A stretch of DNA of 64,000 nucleotides, from positions 6,820,001 to 6,884,000 of the forward strand of contig NW_025963957.1 of NCBI RefSeq assembly GCF_023055435.1. Direction: 5' to 3'. Below are positions 1 to 13,397 of the stretch, piece by piece. The position numbers and the translations under genes were made by a program. The stretch is from Haliotis rufescens (taxonomy: Eukaryota). Every line of letters starts with the position of its first letter. Within the stretch, counting starts at the first letter, position 1. The notes beneath the pieces are model-generated. The model saw only the letters and a list, made by a program, of their open reading frames with translations. It did not search any database and was not told where the DNA came from.

Positions 1-3000
1 AAACCAGCTCGGAATGCTGTGACCCCAGTCACTACACTGTGTTACAGGGGGCATACGGCGCCACTCTCTCCCAGACAGGTAACTCTTGTATATGGAGCCA
101 CTCTCTCCCAGACAGGTAACTGTTGTATACGGAGCCACTCTCTACCAGACAGGTAACTGTTGTATACGGAGCCACTCTCTCCCAGACAGGTAACTGTTGA
201 ATACGGAGCCACTCTCTCCCAGACAGGTAACTGTTGTATACGGAGCCACTCTCTCCCAGACGGGTAACTGTTGTATACGGAGCCACTCTCTACCAGACAG
301 GTAACTGTTGTATACGGAGCCACTCTCTACCAGACAGGTAACTGTTGTATACGGAGCCACTCTCTCCCAGACAGGTAACTGTTGTATACAGAGCCACTCT
401 CTCCCAGACAGGTAACTGTTGTATACAGAGCCACTCTCTCCCAGACAGGTAACTGTTGTATACGGAGCCACTCTCTACCAGACAGGTAACTGTTGTATAC
501 GGAGCCACTCTCTCCCAGACAGGTAACTGTTGAATACGGAGCCACTCTCTCCCAGACAGGTAACTGTTGTATACGGAGCCGCTCTCTCCCAGACGGGTAA
601 CTGTTGTATACGGAGCCACTCTCTACCAGACAGGTAACTTTTGTATACGGAGCCACTCTCTACCAGACAGGTAACTGTTGTATACGGAGCCACTCTCTCC
701 CAGACAGATAACTATTGTATTCGGAGCCACTCTCTCCAAGACAGGTAACTGTTGTATATGGAGCCACTCTCTCCCAGACAGGTAACTGTTGTATACGGAG
801 CCGCTCTCTCCCAGACAGGTAACTGTTGTATACGGAGCCACTCTCTACCAGACAGGTAACTTTTGTATACGGAGCCACTCTCTCCCAGACAGGTAACTGT
901 TGTATACAGAGCCACTCTCTCCCAGACAGGTAACTGTTGTATACAGAGCCACTCTCTCCCAGACAGGTAACTGTTGTATACAGAGCCACTCTCTCCCAGA
1001 CAGGTAACTGTTGTATACGGAGCCACTCTCTCCCAGACAGGTAACTGTTGTATACGGAGCCACTCTCTCCCAGACAGGTAACTGTTGTATACGGAGCCAC
1101 TCTCTACCAGACAGGTAACTGTTGTATACGGAGCCACTCTCTCCCAGACAGGTAACTGTTGTATACAGAGCCACTCTCTCCCAGACAGGTAACTGTTGTA
1201 TACAGAGCCACTCTCTCCCAGACAGGTAACTGTTGTATACGGAGCCACTCTCTACCAGACAGGTAACTGTTGTATACGGAGCCACTCTCTCCCAGACAGG
1301 TAACTGTTGAATACGGAGCCACTCTCTCCCAGACAGGTAACTGTTGTATACGGAGCCACTCTCTCCCAGACGGGTAACTGTTGTATACGGAGCCACTCTC
1401 TACCAGACAGGTAACTTTTGTATACGGAGCCACTCTCTACCAGACAGGTAACTGTTGTATACGGAGCCACTCTCTCCCAGACAGATAACTATTGTATTCG
1501 GAGCCACTCTCTCCCAGACAGGTAACTGTTGTATATGGAGCCACTCTCTCCCAGACAGCTAACTGTTGTATACAGAGCCACTCTCTCCCAGACAGGTAAC
1601 TGTTGTATATGGAGCCGCTCTCTCCCAGACAGGTAACTGTTGTATACGGAGCCACTCTCTACCAGACAGGTAACTGTTGTATACGGAGCCACTCTCTCCC
1701 AGACAGGTAACTGTTGTATACAGAGCCACTCTCTCCCAGACAGGTTACTGTTGTATACAGAGCCACTCTCTCCCAGACAGGTACCTGTTGTATACAGAGC
1801 CACTCTCTCCCAGACAGGTAACTGTTGTATACGGAGCCACTCTCTACCAGACAGGTAACTGTTGTATACGGAGCCACTCTCTCCCAGACGGGTAACTGTT
1901 GAATACGGAGCCACTCTCTCCCAGACAGGTAACTGTTGTATACGGAGCCACTCTCTCCCAGACGGGTAACTGTTGTATACGGAGCCACTCTCTACCAGAC
2001 AGGTAACTTTTGTATACCGAGCCACTCTCTACCAGACAGGTAACTGTTGTATACGGAGCCACTCTCTCCCAGACGGGTAACTTCTGTATATGGAGACACT
2101 CAGATACTCAGAGGAAATTCTCTATTGTCATAATGCAACAACTGGCAGTAGTCGTGTCAGTATTCACCATGTTGGTTGTTTTTGCAGACCAAAAAATCCT
2201 AAAGATGATGTTCCTGTATGAGAAGCATGGCAAGGGTCTGAGTGATGCTAGGTATGTACACAGTCAGGACTGCTTCAAACACATAGCCATCCAAGCAACA
2301 TGTACCACCAAGCAAGGGACAGCTCTTGTAGCTCAGTCTCATGCTTTTAGGATGTTAGAAAATCTTCTGCAGTACATTAAGTTTTCTTAACATTGTACGG
2401 TACAATGCCGGAATTCAGATTTCTGGGGAGGTTATGGTGTAGTTATTATCTCTGCAGAGTTACATCCCTTGACATGCCAGAATCTGCTAGGCATGGGTTT
2501 AATTCTAATTAACAACCTTGGTTCTTCAGCACCATATCTGTTGTCATGTCTTTCACCAAGTTAGAGAAATGTCTGCTCCCACCATCACTTTCCATTTTCA
2601 CATGCAGTGATATGGACCAGTGAGGATCCGGGGCAGAATTGGTCTTCAGCAGCCCATGCTTGCTGTAAGAGGCGGCAACGCTTGTTGTAAGAGGCGACTA
2701 ACGGGATTGGGTGGTCAGGCTCCGTGACTTGCTTGTTTCCAAACTGCATAGATCATACTCATGATAAACAACATACAAACAAACACACAAACAAACATGT
2801 AGTGATATACTTGCATCCACGGGAGATCTCACTTATATCGCTTATGGACTCAAGCCATGTAAGGGCAGTTATGCATCGTCTTAAATTATATGTCTTGTTT
2901 TGTTAATATTATTTTAATACTTGTCAATTTTGTATGATCATGTGGGGTTTCTTTTTTGGACATTTGTAGAAGTCATTTAATAATTTTATAATTAAATTCT

Positions 3001-6000
3001 GATGTACAATATACGAATGTGTGTAGGTGATGTTGACTGTAGCTGTTGTACTGTAGGCCGTTCCTGTGGGGTCCGAAGGCGGTTGAGCACTACGCACTGC
3101 GGAAGAGCCTGGCGTCCTCCCTCCTCAAGCAGCCATCGATGGAGCAGATCGTGGAGGCCTTCGATGTCCGCACCATGTACAAGTCAGCTCTGAACTTCCC
3201 CATTGGCAGGAAGCTCATGGTAACCCGCAGTTCTTTTTAATGTCATCAAGTGGTCACAATCTTTGATCTTTGTCTGATTGTTTGTCATAGCTCCTTGTGG
3301 CATGGATCCTTGACTGACTGTGTGTCATGGCACCTGGTGGCATGGATCCTGAGTGAATGTGTCACAGCACCTGGTGGCATGGATCCTTGACTGATTGTGT
3401 GTCATAGCACCTGGTGGCATGGATCCTGAGTGAATGTGTCATAGCCCATGGTAGCATGGATCCTGAGTGAATGTGTCATAGCACCTGGTGGCATGGATCC
3501 TTGACTGATTGTGTGTCTTAGCACCTGGTGGCATGGATCCTGAGTGAATGTGTCATAGCACATGGTGGCATGGATCCTTGACTGATTGTGTGTCTTAGCA
3601 CCTGGTGGCATGGATCCTGAGTGAATGTGTCATAGCACCTGGTGGCATGGATCCTGAGTGAATGTGTCATAGCACATGGTGGCATGGATCCTGAGTGAAT
3701 ATGTCATCGCACCTGGTGGCATGGATCCTGAGTGAATGTGTCATAGCACCTGGTGGCATGGATCCTGAGTGAATGTTTCATAGCACATGGTGGCATGGAT
3801 CCTAAATGAATATGTCATAGCACCTGGTGGCATGGATCCTGAGTGAATGTGTCATAGCACATGGTGGCATGGATCCTGAGTGAATGTGTCATAGCACCTG
3901 GTGGCATGGATCCTGAGTGAATGTGTCATAGCACCTGGTGGCATGGATCCTGAGTGAATGTGTCATAGCACACGGTGGCATGGATCCTGAGTGAATATGT
4001 CATAGCACATGGTGGCATGGATCCTTGTCTGATTGTACTGTGATATAGCTGGAATATTGCTAAATGGTACAAGAAATAATCACTCAGTCAGTGCCATGCT
4101 ACAGAACTGGTCAGCACATGCGTGGCGATGCATCACTTGTGAACATGGCATGCTAATTCAGTCATACAAGCTTATTTCACCTCCTGCAAATATTAAACTA
4201 TTTGTATTGCTTCATTTGTTGTGTACTTGAATGTTTGTGCCTATTGTTCAACACATACTGATCATCTAATTACCGTCATCTCTGTTAGGTTCTTATTTTC
4301 CTCCTCGTAGATTAAGGCACCTGAAGTTTATGTACAGCATTACGTCCCTTGGTTGTGCCAGGATTCACTATTCATTGGTTGCTGTTAACAACTCATGACT
4401 GTGTGTATCTGTCTGCAGCCTGCGGAGGTGATGGAGGCGGAGGAGGTCAAGGCCGCTGTGGATGTGTATGATCCTTGCTTTGTGCTGCCGTTGTTCTGCG
4501 GACTCCTGACATCAGGTACGTCATCGTGTGCAGCTCATAACATCATCGTGTGCAGCTCGTAACATCATCGTGTACAGCTCGTAACATCATTGTGTGCAGC
4601 TCGTAACATCATCGTGTGCAGCTCGTAATATCGTGTGCAGCTCGTAACATCATCGTATACAGCTCGTAACACCATCATGTGCAGCTCGTAACATCATCGT
4701 GTGCAGCTCGTAACATCATCGTGTGCAGCTCATAACATCATTGTGTGCAGCTCGTAACATCATCCTGTGCAGCTCATAACATCATTGTGTGCAGCTCGTA
4801 ACATCATCGTGTGCAGCTCATAACATCATCGTGTGCAGCTCATAACATCATCATGTGCAGCTCGTAACACTAACTTGGATCTGCCAGTTGTCAGTCTTAA
4901 GCAGCAAGGCAGCGAGTTCTCCTGAATTCCTGAAGAAAAATATCTTCACACTCAATCCATACATGAGAGAATTTCCTCCTTGTCTAATGGTAGAAATAGA
5001 TTGTTGTCATGTTTTCTAGCATCGTCCCATGGCTGTCCACTAGCCTACATCAAAGTCTAGTTTCACCCTTAGCTAAAATTTGAGTGGACTATCGCACATA
5101 TCAATAGTCCATATGTGTTTGCTCACATTTAGGACAACATTTTGGTTGGCTCTCTAAGTTTGTGCGTTGATAGAATATGACTCGATCACATGAGAAATGT
5201 TGTGTTTTCATGTATCGCCATCCTCTGTATGTCCAGGGCTGCATTCCGGTAAACCTACACTGACCCCTGGATCCATTTCCGTAGATCTTGCAATCTCCAG
5301 TTAACTTGATTTTCCGTAACATTTTTCTGACCAATCAAATGTCAAGATAAGGAAAAAGAAAATGTGTAAGGGCGTAATTCTTATTGCCTTGAAACCAAAG
5401 CCACTGCAAAGACATCTTTTTCATCAAAAAGATTTTTGAGGGCTTTCTTTTACGTGTCACTGGTCAATGGGACTAGTCAATGGGACTGGTCAATGGGACT
5501 GGCCACCATGTTTTTATAATCCCAACCCAAAATTGAGGCTGGTTTGTAACTAATTGACTAATGAAAATCAAGGTCAGTAATTTGAGATCATGAGAACCAT
5601 GGAAATGGATCCAAGGGTTGGTGTAGGTGTACTGAAGTGCGAGCCCTGGAGATGGAGAGGAGGATGTATCGTGTCGTCTATCACGCCCTCAATGTCCAGG
5701 TACATTAACTATGTTGACAATATATCATCACAGCCATGTTAGGTGATAGTGGAATGGCTGACCTAAAGATACGTTTGATCTCATTATTTTGTTCGTAGAT
5801 TCCCTGGTAGACTGTCGGAAGTTTGTGTCCAGTCACTGCCTTGCGTACACGCTGACTGCCCTGAGCAGCCACGACCCGGGCATACGGAAGGCTGCGTACA
5901 CTATACTGGCTCGCTACGTGGACCACCTGTCGGGCGTCAAGTTCCATGAACGGCTTCAGGTGACCTACCTGCTGGACACATTACGAAACAGTGTCCAGGA

Positions 6001-9000
6001 ACCGAACCAACGTCTGTCTTGTCTCATCTCCCTCTTCCTGGCCCGCGTCTCACGTCTCATGCTACATCCAGGTAATAACAGCAACAATGTAGTCCTTAAT
6101 TAAATATACAGGTAAACACAGTTTATGTACAGGTGCTCATAGTCCTTAATTACGTATACAGGTAAACACAGTTTATGTATAGGTGCTCATAGTTCTTAAT
6201 TACATATACAGGTAAAACCAGTTTATGTATAGCTGCTCATTGTTCTTAATTACATATACAGGTAAAAACAGTTTTTGTATAGATGCTCATTGTTCTTAAT
6301 TACATAAAAGGTAAAAACAGTTTATGTAACACAATTCATATACAGTTTGTTCTGAACAGATATCCAGGTTTAAACAGTTTATGTACTCCTTAATTAGATA
6401 TCCAGGTAGGAACAATTAATGTACAGGTAGTTTGTGTTTGGATTATCTCATGAAAGACGGGTCAAGTTTGATGACCAGACCTATCTAGGTATGACAAGGC
6501 TTGGTTATTTATTGGGGCAATGTTGCTGGAATTTAACCAAATCTGATTACTAGATAGTCCATCATAATAGTTTGATTTGAAGCTAACAAGGTCAAATGTC
6601 CCATAAAACTGATGAGGTCAAGGGACATGTGACAATGACTCAAACTGGCTTAGGACTTATTTCAAGATACTTATTTCAAGAGATTTTGACCCAAATAGAT
6701 GAGATTATATAAGCAACATGTATATTCCAGTATCAGGTAAAACATTTGATGCATTTTTGGGAGTATTTTGAATTTGACACCAAAGTGTTTCTCCCAAGAC
6801 GAGCACATGTACCGGCAGATGAACAACTTCCTGCTGCTGAAGCCGAGCCTTGACACTGTGAACGTACCCGAGTTCTACAAGCTCTTCAACAGCGCCGACC
6901 AACAGGTAACCATGGCATCATTGCAGTGTATTTTAATTTGAAGCTACCTATTGACAGTGATTCCTAAATTTGCCAAAGCTTCAATAATTACATTGAAGTA
7001 ATACTTAATGGAATACTTGACTGTAGTTGAATGTTTCAGCACAGGAAGAAGAGTACATGTGTTACAATGGTGATAATGTCACAACTCAAAAGGGAGGGGA
7101 AACATATTATTTTTGGCTCAGTTCCCGGTGGCATCAGTGTTGGCATTGGCGTCAGTGTTCCCATCCTATTCCAAGCCATGACTTGAAAATCATTCAGTGT
7201 GTTTCAATTAAACCTGACATATACATTGCTCATCAGCTTAATGGGTGCCTTTGGCTATTTTTATTTTTTTCTAAAATTGATTATGTTACATTTCCATGGA
7301 AACAATTTAGACTTAGTCTCAAACAACTCTAGGCTTTGTTTCCAAGCTATAACTCTAAAACTAATGAATATTTTTTTAATGAAACTGTACATGTGATGGT
7401 TGAATGTTTCAGCACAGGAAGGAAAGGACGTGGATTGTGAGTCTTCTGGCGGACGGTCTGCGGGAGATGTCCGACTACAAGACGATGGAGAGAAGGTTCA
7501 CCTTCAAACTGCTGCAGGGATTCTGTGACTCCGCTATGAGCGACCAATTCTCCCAGGTGGGTTGGTGGCAGTTGGCATGGTAGTTCATATCTCATGGTTA
7601 AAGTGTGTGGTGCCAAAGACCAGGATTCCCCACGCTAGTGCAATGTGTAAGCCCGAGATGGTGTCCCCTTCAGGATGATAAATAATGTCAACCTCTTTCT
7701 ACTCCTATATTTGTTACTTCACTCATTTCCCAGAGAATCTGAAGTATAATGAATGAATAGTTTTCGAAAATAAGGCAGGTGTTGCTTGTGTTTCATTATG
7801 CAGTTAAATTTTGTGAATTGTGTTCACAAGTTGCCAGTTTGTTTATGATACCATTGTATTCCGTATTTGCAGAATTTCAAATACCCTGTGTATTCATAAA
7901 ATAAATTGTTCCATCCCAGCACTGTAGTTGTTAAAATAAACAGACACAGTTTCTTTTTTTTACTTGTATTCATCAGCCAACACAATACACCTCCTGCTCT
8001 CACACTGTCTGTCACACAACTGCCAGGCTCAAGCAAACCAAGATGGCCGCCGTAAAGTCATTCCCAAAGGATAGAGGGCAGTTTCGTATTCGAGGGGAAG
8101 TTTCGTATCCACATATTAACAGAAGTGATGCTGTCTTTCAGGTCCGAGTGTTGAGGATAGTTAAAGCAGCGTGTTCGGGTCGGCCGATGGCGGTAGATCT
8201 GGCCAAGAACCACGGCATCCTCACCTGGCTCAGTGGCTTCATCGTGAAACCGTAAGATCCTTGCCGCAGATGGCAACATCACAAATTATCTCTGGTTATT
8301 GGTGGTGGCCTCGACACTGTAGATCAACCTCAGCTGTCTTCCATATACCATGATCTACAGTGATGAAAATAACAAACATACTAAATACACAGGAAAGCAA
8401 TACTGTGTGCTCTCATGATTAGTTGTTACCATACCTTGTCTGTTTATTCTCAAAACTTTCTTCAAAACATCGATAATCTTCTGTTTACTGTATCAGGCAT
8501 TACCGTCTGCTTAAACGGAAAAGTGTCATTTTGTGTCAGCAGCAAATGGATTTCCTCACAGTCCTGCATTGTCATTGGCTAACAGACTTGAATTGTCTTG
8601 TCTCGGTAATGTTAACGTTAGTTTGGCACCAAATTCTGAATGTACTACTTAGGTTTTTGAATGATGGTGGTGCAGTAGCATACCAGCAGTCCTCAATTCT
8701 ACAAACGAGCTGTACAGTACTTGCATTTAAAAAAAATAATTATGTGTCTGATACTTGTCAGTTCTGATAATGACAGTTATCTGGAGCACTGCATGCTGGG
8801 AACCACTTGTTTATCTGGTCCAGATTTGATTACATGTGGTTGTGTGATGTAGTCGGAGTATCGTGAACTGCAGCAGAAACCAGAAATCACTCTCACTCAC
8901 TCACTCACTCAATCACTCACTCACTCACTCACTCACTCACTCACTGCGTCCTTCCAGGCTGCATGACGTGGAGCACTGTGAGCTGCTGGCCTCCATCCTC

Positions 9001-11295
9001 CACGCGCTGTGGTTCACCATGACGGGGGAGGGGGGCAGGATGCTGCCGTCACAGTTTGTGCGAGAGACCCTGCTGTGCTGTAAGAGGCTCATCACTCACA
9101 TCAGGTAGGAGAGAACATTCAGAGCTACTTGGAAAGTAACCCCTATTTACAGGGTGACCATCACGTTATTTACAGGGTGACCATCACGTTATTTACAGGG
9201 TGACCTTCACCTATTTTGAGGATGACCTTTAAGCTATTTAGAGTGTGACCTTTAAACAATTTAGAGGGTGACCTTCATGTGACAAGATGTAAGTATTTGA
9301 AGATAATACTGCAAAAACAATGAAAGAAGGAAAATGAGACAAATCAGTTAGTCTGTTGTTGGAACACTCTAATGGACTGGTCATTTATTAGTGGGGGTAG
9401 AGATTGGTCTTAGGACTGCATCATATTTTGCCCCTCCCCTGATTTTTAACACGATTTCCCAAAAATCTGTGCCCCTCTTATTTGGCATATTATTGTATTT
9501 GTTCCAGACATCATGAGTTCTCTTGCCGCTCCCTCCTGTTGCTAACAGAGACCATGGTGTCTTCCCTCCATCACCTCGCCGATCTCACCGGGGACACAGC
9601 ACATGGGGAGTCCTCTCCCACAGAAACAATCACAGTCAAGGAGGTCCTTCTGCTCCTGCTGAGCTGTAGCCGACTGCAGAAGGACCTTGCAACAGCTGCA
9701 CAGCTGAAGACCTTACTCAGCACTCTGGGTATCCACATACAGGTTGCCAAGGCAACGGTTGAGAAGAAGCGGAAGGACTACCATGAGGAGGAGGTGGAGC
9801 TCATAGAGGAAGAAGCGGAGAAGATGGAGGTGGATGAGGGGGAAAAAATGGCCTCAACTGAGAAATCAAATCCAGAGTCTTTGAAAACAGAAGAAACATC
9901 CGACATTGGTGAAAAGGAGTTAGAAACACGGAATAGAGCGAAGGTATTGAACAGTGTGTGTAGGATTTGTCTGTATTGGACTCCACAGACATGTGTGTCA
10001 TCATCCTTGTCGAGAGGTCAGGACAGCTCCAGCGAGTGTGCAGTGGAGAAAGTACACGTGTCCAGTTCCCTCGTCGCCATGGCCTGGACCCTGCAACACC
10101 AACCTCAGGCCGACAGTCCAAAACTAAAGTCGGACATTCTTTCTTGGGTTTTAAGTATTTTGTGTCATGAAAATGGTTTCGGTCAAGTTTGCAGGAAAGT
10201 CGTTATTGACTTGTCAGATTTCTCATCCCAGTTTTTGTCCAGTTTGTTGTCAATATATAACAGCCTGTTAGACTTGCCTGGTAAGACAGAAGGGAAGCTG
10301 CCCATTGATGTGTCAGAAGATGCATTCCGTGATGCTGGACCAGCAGAGAATACAGACTGTGTACATTCCTCACTGAAACTGCTCAACAAGATTGTTGTGT
10401 GTGTGTTGGAGGGAGCAGGTCGTGGAGGATCGCGACACAAAGCTCTGGACGCAGCTACATCTGTGCAGGAGGATAGTTCATGTAAGTTTCTTTGCTTGTA
10501 AGTAGTTGGGTGCTGGATGTGACCATGTTTAGCAGTGTTCCAGCCAGTTCACAGCTTCACATGTTGTTCTCATGGGAGGAATTGGCAAACAAATATGATT
10601 GTCTATCCTTCAGTGTCCACCGTAGGGGTTAGAATTGGTCCCTAACAACCTATGATGACCAGAGGAGGTGACATAATGGATCAGGTGGATTGTCTGGTTC
10701 AGATTAATTTATTTGCAGGCCACCGTCATATAGCTGGAATATTGCTGAGTGTGATGTTTAACAACAAACAAACAAACACAATCACCTATTGTTCAGTGTC
10801 TTGATGATTGAAGTGTTCTGGACCTGTGAAGATCCAGATTAGAATAGGTCTTTAGCAACCAATGCTTCTCGTAAGAGGCAACTAATGTAATCGGGTGGTC
10901 AGACAATTGATTAGATCGATGCTCATGATGTCAATCACTGGATTATCTGATCCAGACCACCGTCATATAACTGGAATATTGCTGAGTGTGGTGTTAAACA
11001 AACAAATTGTATCGTTCCCTGTCTTCCAGTGTCGTCCCAGGAGAGATCATCGCTGGTCCTGCGGGAGTGTCTGCTGGAGTCAGCTGGTCAGTCTACACCA
11101 AGTGTTACCAGCGCTGGACATGGTACAGCTGTTTCTGATGACAGCATACTGGATGTGACACAGGATGGAAATGAGGCAGGGACAAAAACTCCCAAAAATA
11201 AGAAAAGAAAAAATCAACACCCCCAGAACCTTAACACAAACTCATCACATAAACCTCAGTCTTCTGAAAGTGCAAAGAAGAAAAGGAGAAAATGA
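1..11295 (+). CDS. URB1: Nucleolar pre-ribosomal-associated protein 1 (URB1/NPA1), 3' part; 11 exons in window, 5' end outside window
   Basis: Exons <1-78, 2188-2251, 3057-3219, 4419-4515, 5799-6071, 6799-6905, 7413-7556, 8142-8251, 8958-9104, 9508-10481, 11030-11295 (TGA). All are GT-AG with matching phases, about 806 aa. Peptides GAYGATLSQTDQKIL, FLWGPKAVEH, YDPCFVLPLF, VDCRKFV..ALSSHDP, EHMYRQMNNFLL..VPEFYKLF match the URB1 C-terminal region as I recall it. The C-terminus is basic (KKKRRK). Confidence 0.93.
53..2093 (+). repeat. 37-bp minisatellite, 55 copies, copying the URB1 exon end and 5' splice site
   Basis: Unit ATACGGAGCCACTCTCTCCCAGACAG|GTAACTGTTGT; the GT position recurs at 79+37n up to 2077. 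Confidence 0.97.
3285..4026. repeat. 37/41-bp intronic minisatellite
   Basis: CATAGCACCTGGTGGCATGGATCCTGAGTGAATGTGT, about 19 copies. Confidence 0.95.
4520..4869. repeat. 22-bp minisatellite starting immediately after a URB1 donor
   Basis: CATCATCGTGTGCAGCTCGTAA, about 16 copies. Confidence 0.95.
5233..5649. mobile_element. Palindromic MITE with ~80-bp imperfect TIRs
   Basis: CCAGGGCT...CCTACAC...TGGATCCATTTCC...TTGATTTTC is mirrored by GAAAATCAA...GGAAATGGATCCA...GTGTAGG...AGCCCTGG. Confidence 0.7.
6069..6430 (+). repeat. Degenerate ~50-bp repeat carrying CAG|GTAA donor copies
   Basis: CAGGTAAA at 6109, 6159, 6209 and 6259; ATCCAGGT copies near 6362 and 6400 resemble the exon end CATCCAG|GT (6071). 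Confidence 0.75.
8887..8944. repeat. (TCAC)n microsatellite adjoining an acceptor
   Basis: Seen directly in the sequence. Confidence 0.9.
9143..9276. repeat. 23-bp minisatellite
   Basis: TATTTACAGGGTGACCATCACGT, about 6 copies, decaying. Confidence 0.8.
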
Positions 11296-12377
11296 GCTTG
11301 TACTTCTCTTATGTTGAATTTAAACCGTAGTTATCAGACACACTCATCCAAGGGTTGTTAAGTTAAGGTATGGAACAGGCTGTGGAGAAACTGTTGAGTA
11401 TGGATTTGAACGAAGTCAAATGTTTGCCTTGGATTCGGAATTACACCACAGAGCTTTGGGTGTATCATAGCGCTAAGTGAACAGTTGTTTTGTTCTTGTA
11501 ATAGGCGTGCAGGATGTATGTGCTGCCATCACAGAATATACAGGCACAGTCTGAAGGGACAGACATGTGATTTTGGAAAGATGACAATTGCAATTTGTTG
11601 ACAGTTTCTTCAATTGTTACTAAAAAAATCCTGCACATCTGTGAAGATCCAGGTTAGAATTGGTCTTAAGCAACCTATGCTCCCAGTGAGAAGCAACTAT
11701 GCTTGTCGTAAGAGGCAACTTACGGGATTGGCTAAACTGGCTCGCTGACTTGGTTGATGCATGTCATCATATCTTAATTGCGTAGATCGATACTCATAAT
11801 GTCAATCACTGGATTCTCTAATACGGACCATTGTCATACAGCTGGAATATTGCTGAACACAAAACAAACTTACAGTAAACTCTGCTGATAGCAGTTGCAC
11901 ATGTTCAGTGAGACCCTGCAGCTCTGTGAGGGGGCACCGTCGGGTGGCCCAGTAGTGGAAGGTGTTGCTGCTTCCTGTGCTTCAGGATCCACTGTCAGGG
12001 ATTCGAATGCTGATTCACCTTGATTATTATTTTCAGTCAGTCAGTAACCGTACTTGTGGATATCACCAACACATCACCAGCACACGAGTAAACTTGGATC
12101 AGAGTGTCCAGTTAAGAACTGTAATAGATAATTATTTTACCTACCAGTCACTTGACCCAGACCAGTATTTGTTTGGCCAGTGAGATGCTACTTCCTCTAC
12201 ACCATCCTCTGACAGACATGTGATCATTCTCAGAAGATGAATATATATTATGATATACTCATATAATACAGTTAAGGGACATGGTTACCTTAATTGATTA
12301 AGCATGTTAAAATACACTCACTCAGAAGATATTTAGAATGGATTCTGAGCTGTTAGATATGACAGTTGATGTATGAC

Positions 12378-12383
12378 AATAAA
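12378..12383 (+). promoter_or_regulatory. Candidate polyadenylation signal of URB1
   Basis: AATAAA about 1.1 kb after the stop codon, followed by GT-rich sequence near 12415-12440. Confidence 0.45.
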
Positions 12384-12579
12384 ACAAACGCCCAGTGATT
12401 TCTACCCTTACCATTGTGTGAGTGAATGTTGTTTGCTTGTCGTTTAAGCGTCTAACACTAATTGGATCGAGTGGCCAGGTTCACTGACTTGGTTGATGCA
12501 TGTCATTGTATCCCAATTAGGTAGAACAATGCTGATGATGTCAATTACTGAATTGTGTGGTCCAGACACATTTGTTTAC

Positions 12580-12756
12580 AGTGAGTGAGTGAATGAGTGA
12601 GTATGGTTTCACACAGCGTTAAGCAATATTCCAGCAATATCACGGCGAGGGGACACCAGAAATGGGCTTTACACATTGTATCCATGTCGGGGAATCGAAA
12701 CCGGGTCTTCGGCGTAATGAGCGAATGCTTTAACGAATAGGCTACCCGACCGCCAC
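12580..12756 (-). mobile_element. Short tRNA-derived SINE with (ACTC)n tail
   Basis: tRNA head with GGTTTCGATTCCC B box on the minus strand and a (GAGT)n tail. Relatives at 27279-27465, ~29030-29140 and ~7575-7680. Confidence 0.75.
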
Positions 12757-13397
12757 CATTTATTTACAGACCCCCCTCATAACGACATAGAAACGACAAA
12801 AACAGCTGTATCACTCCCTCGCTACCTCTGTATCACTGCTGCATGTAAATAATCAAGTCTGCACAAACAAGTGATCAATAGCATGAGCAACAATCCAAGC
12901 TATTGGCATGCATACATAGCATGCAGAAGGAGACGGAATGACCATGATAGTTATGGCCGGGATGTTTATACAGAAGGTAACTCAACATACAAAGCATCAT
13001 TCAAGGGCCACAATTTGAATAATCAGTCAGTGGAATTAAACAGATGTGAGAGTTTGACTTGATTTATGAACATACTGTGACTGTGCCAAACAGCAGTATC
13101 CAGGTCTTCAAGTTTCAATGCAGTATTGCCACATATCTGTATACATCGTTCCTTCTACATGGGAAACAGTAAAACAAGTAATTACATACCGTTTTTATAT
13201 GTCCACGTTTCAGCTACTACACATATAATGTTCAATGGAATATACACTCTATTTAATTTGTTTTTGGTAAATTTACATTTTTCTTTCACAAATGAAAATT
13301 CAAGGTGGGACCTCTAACACTGGTGTTGACCTTTAGCCGTTTTAGCAGTGAAGTAACTAATAAGTATGAGTGATGAAGACAAGTGTTCTCGAGAGCA

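Noticed and set aside
32-2062. Many overlapping repetitive ORFs on the minus strand (MAPYTTVTCLGESG...)
   Set aside because: They are translations of the 37-bp intronic array cycling through frames, antisense to URB1.
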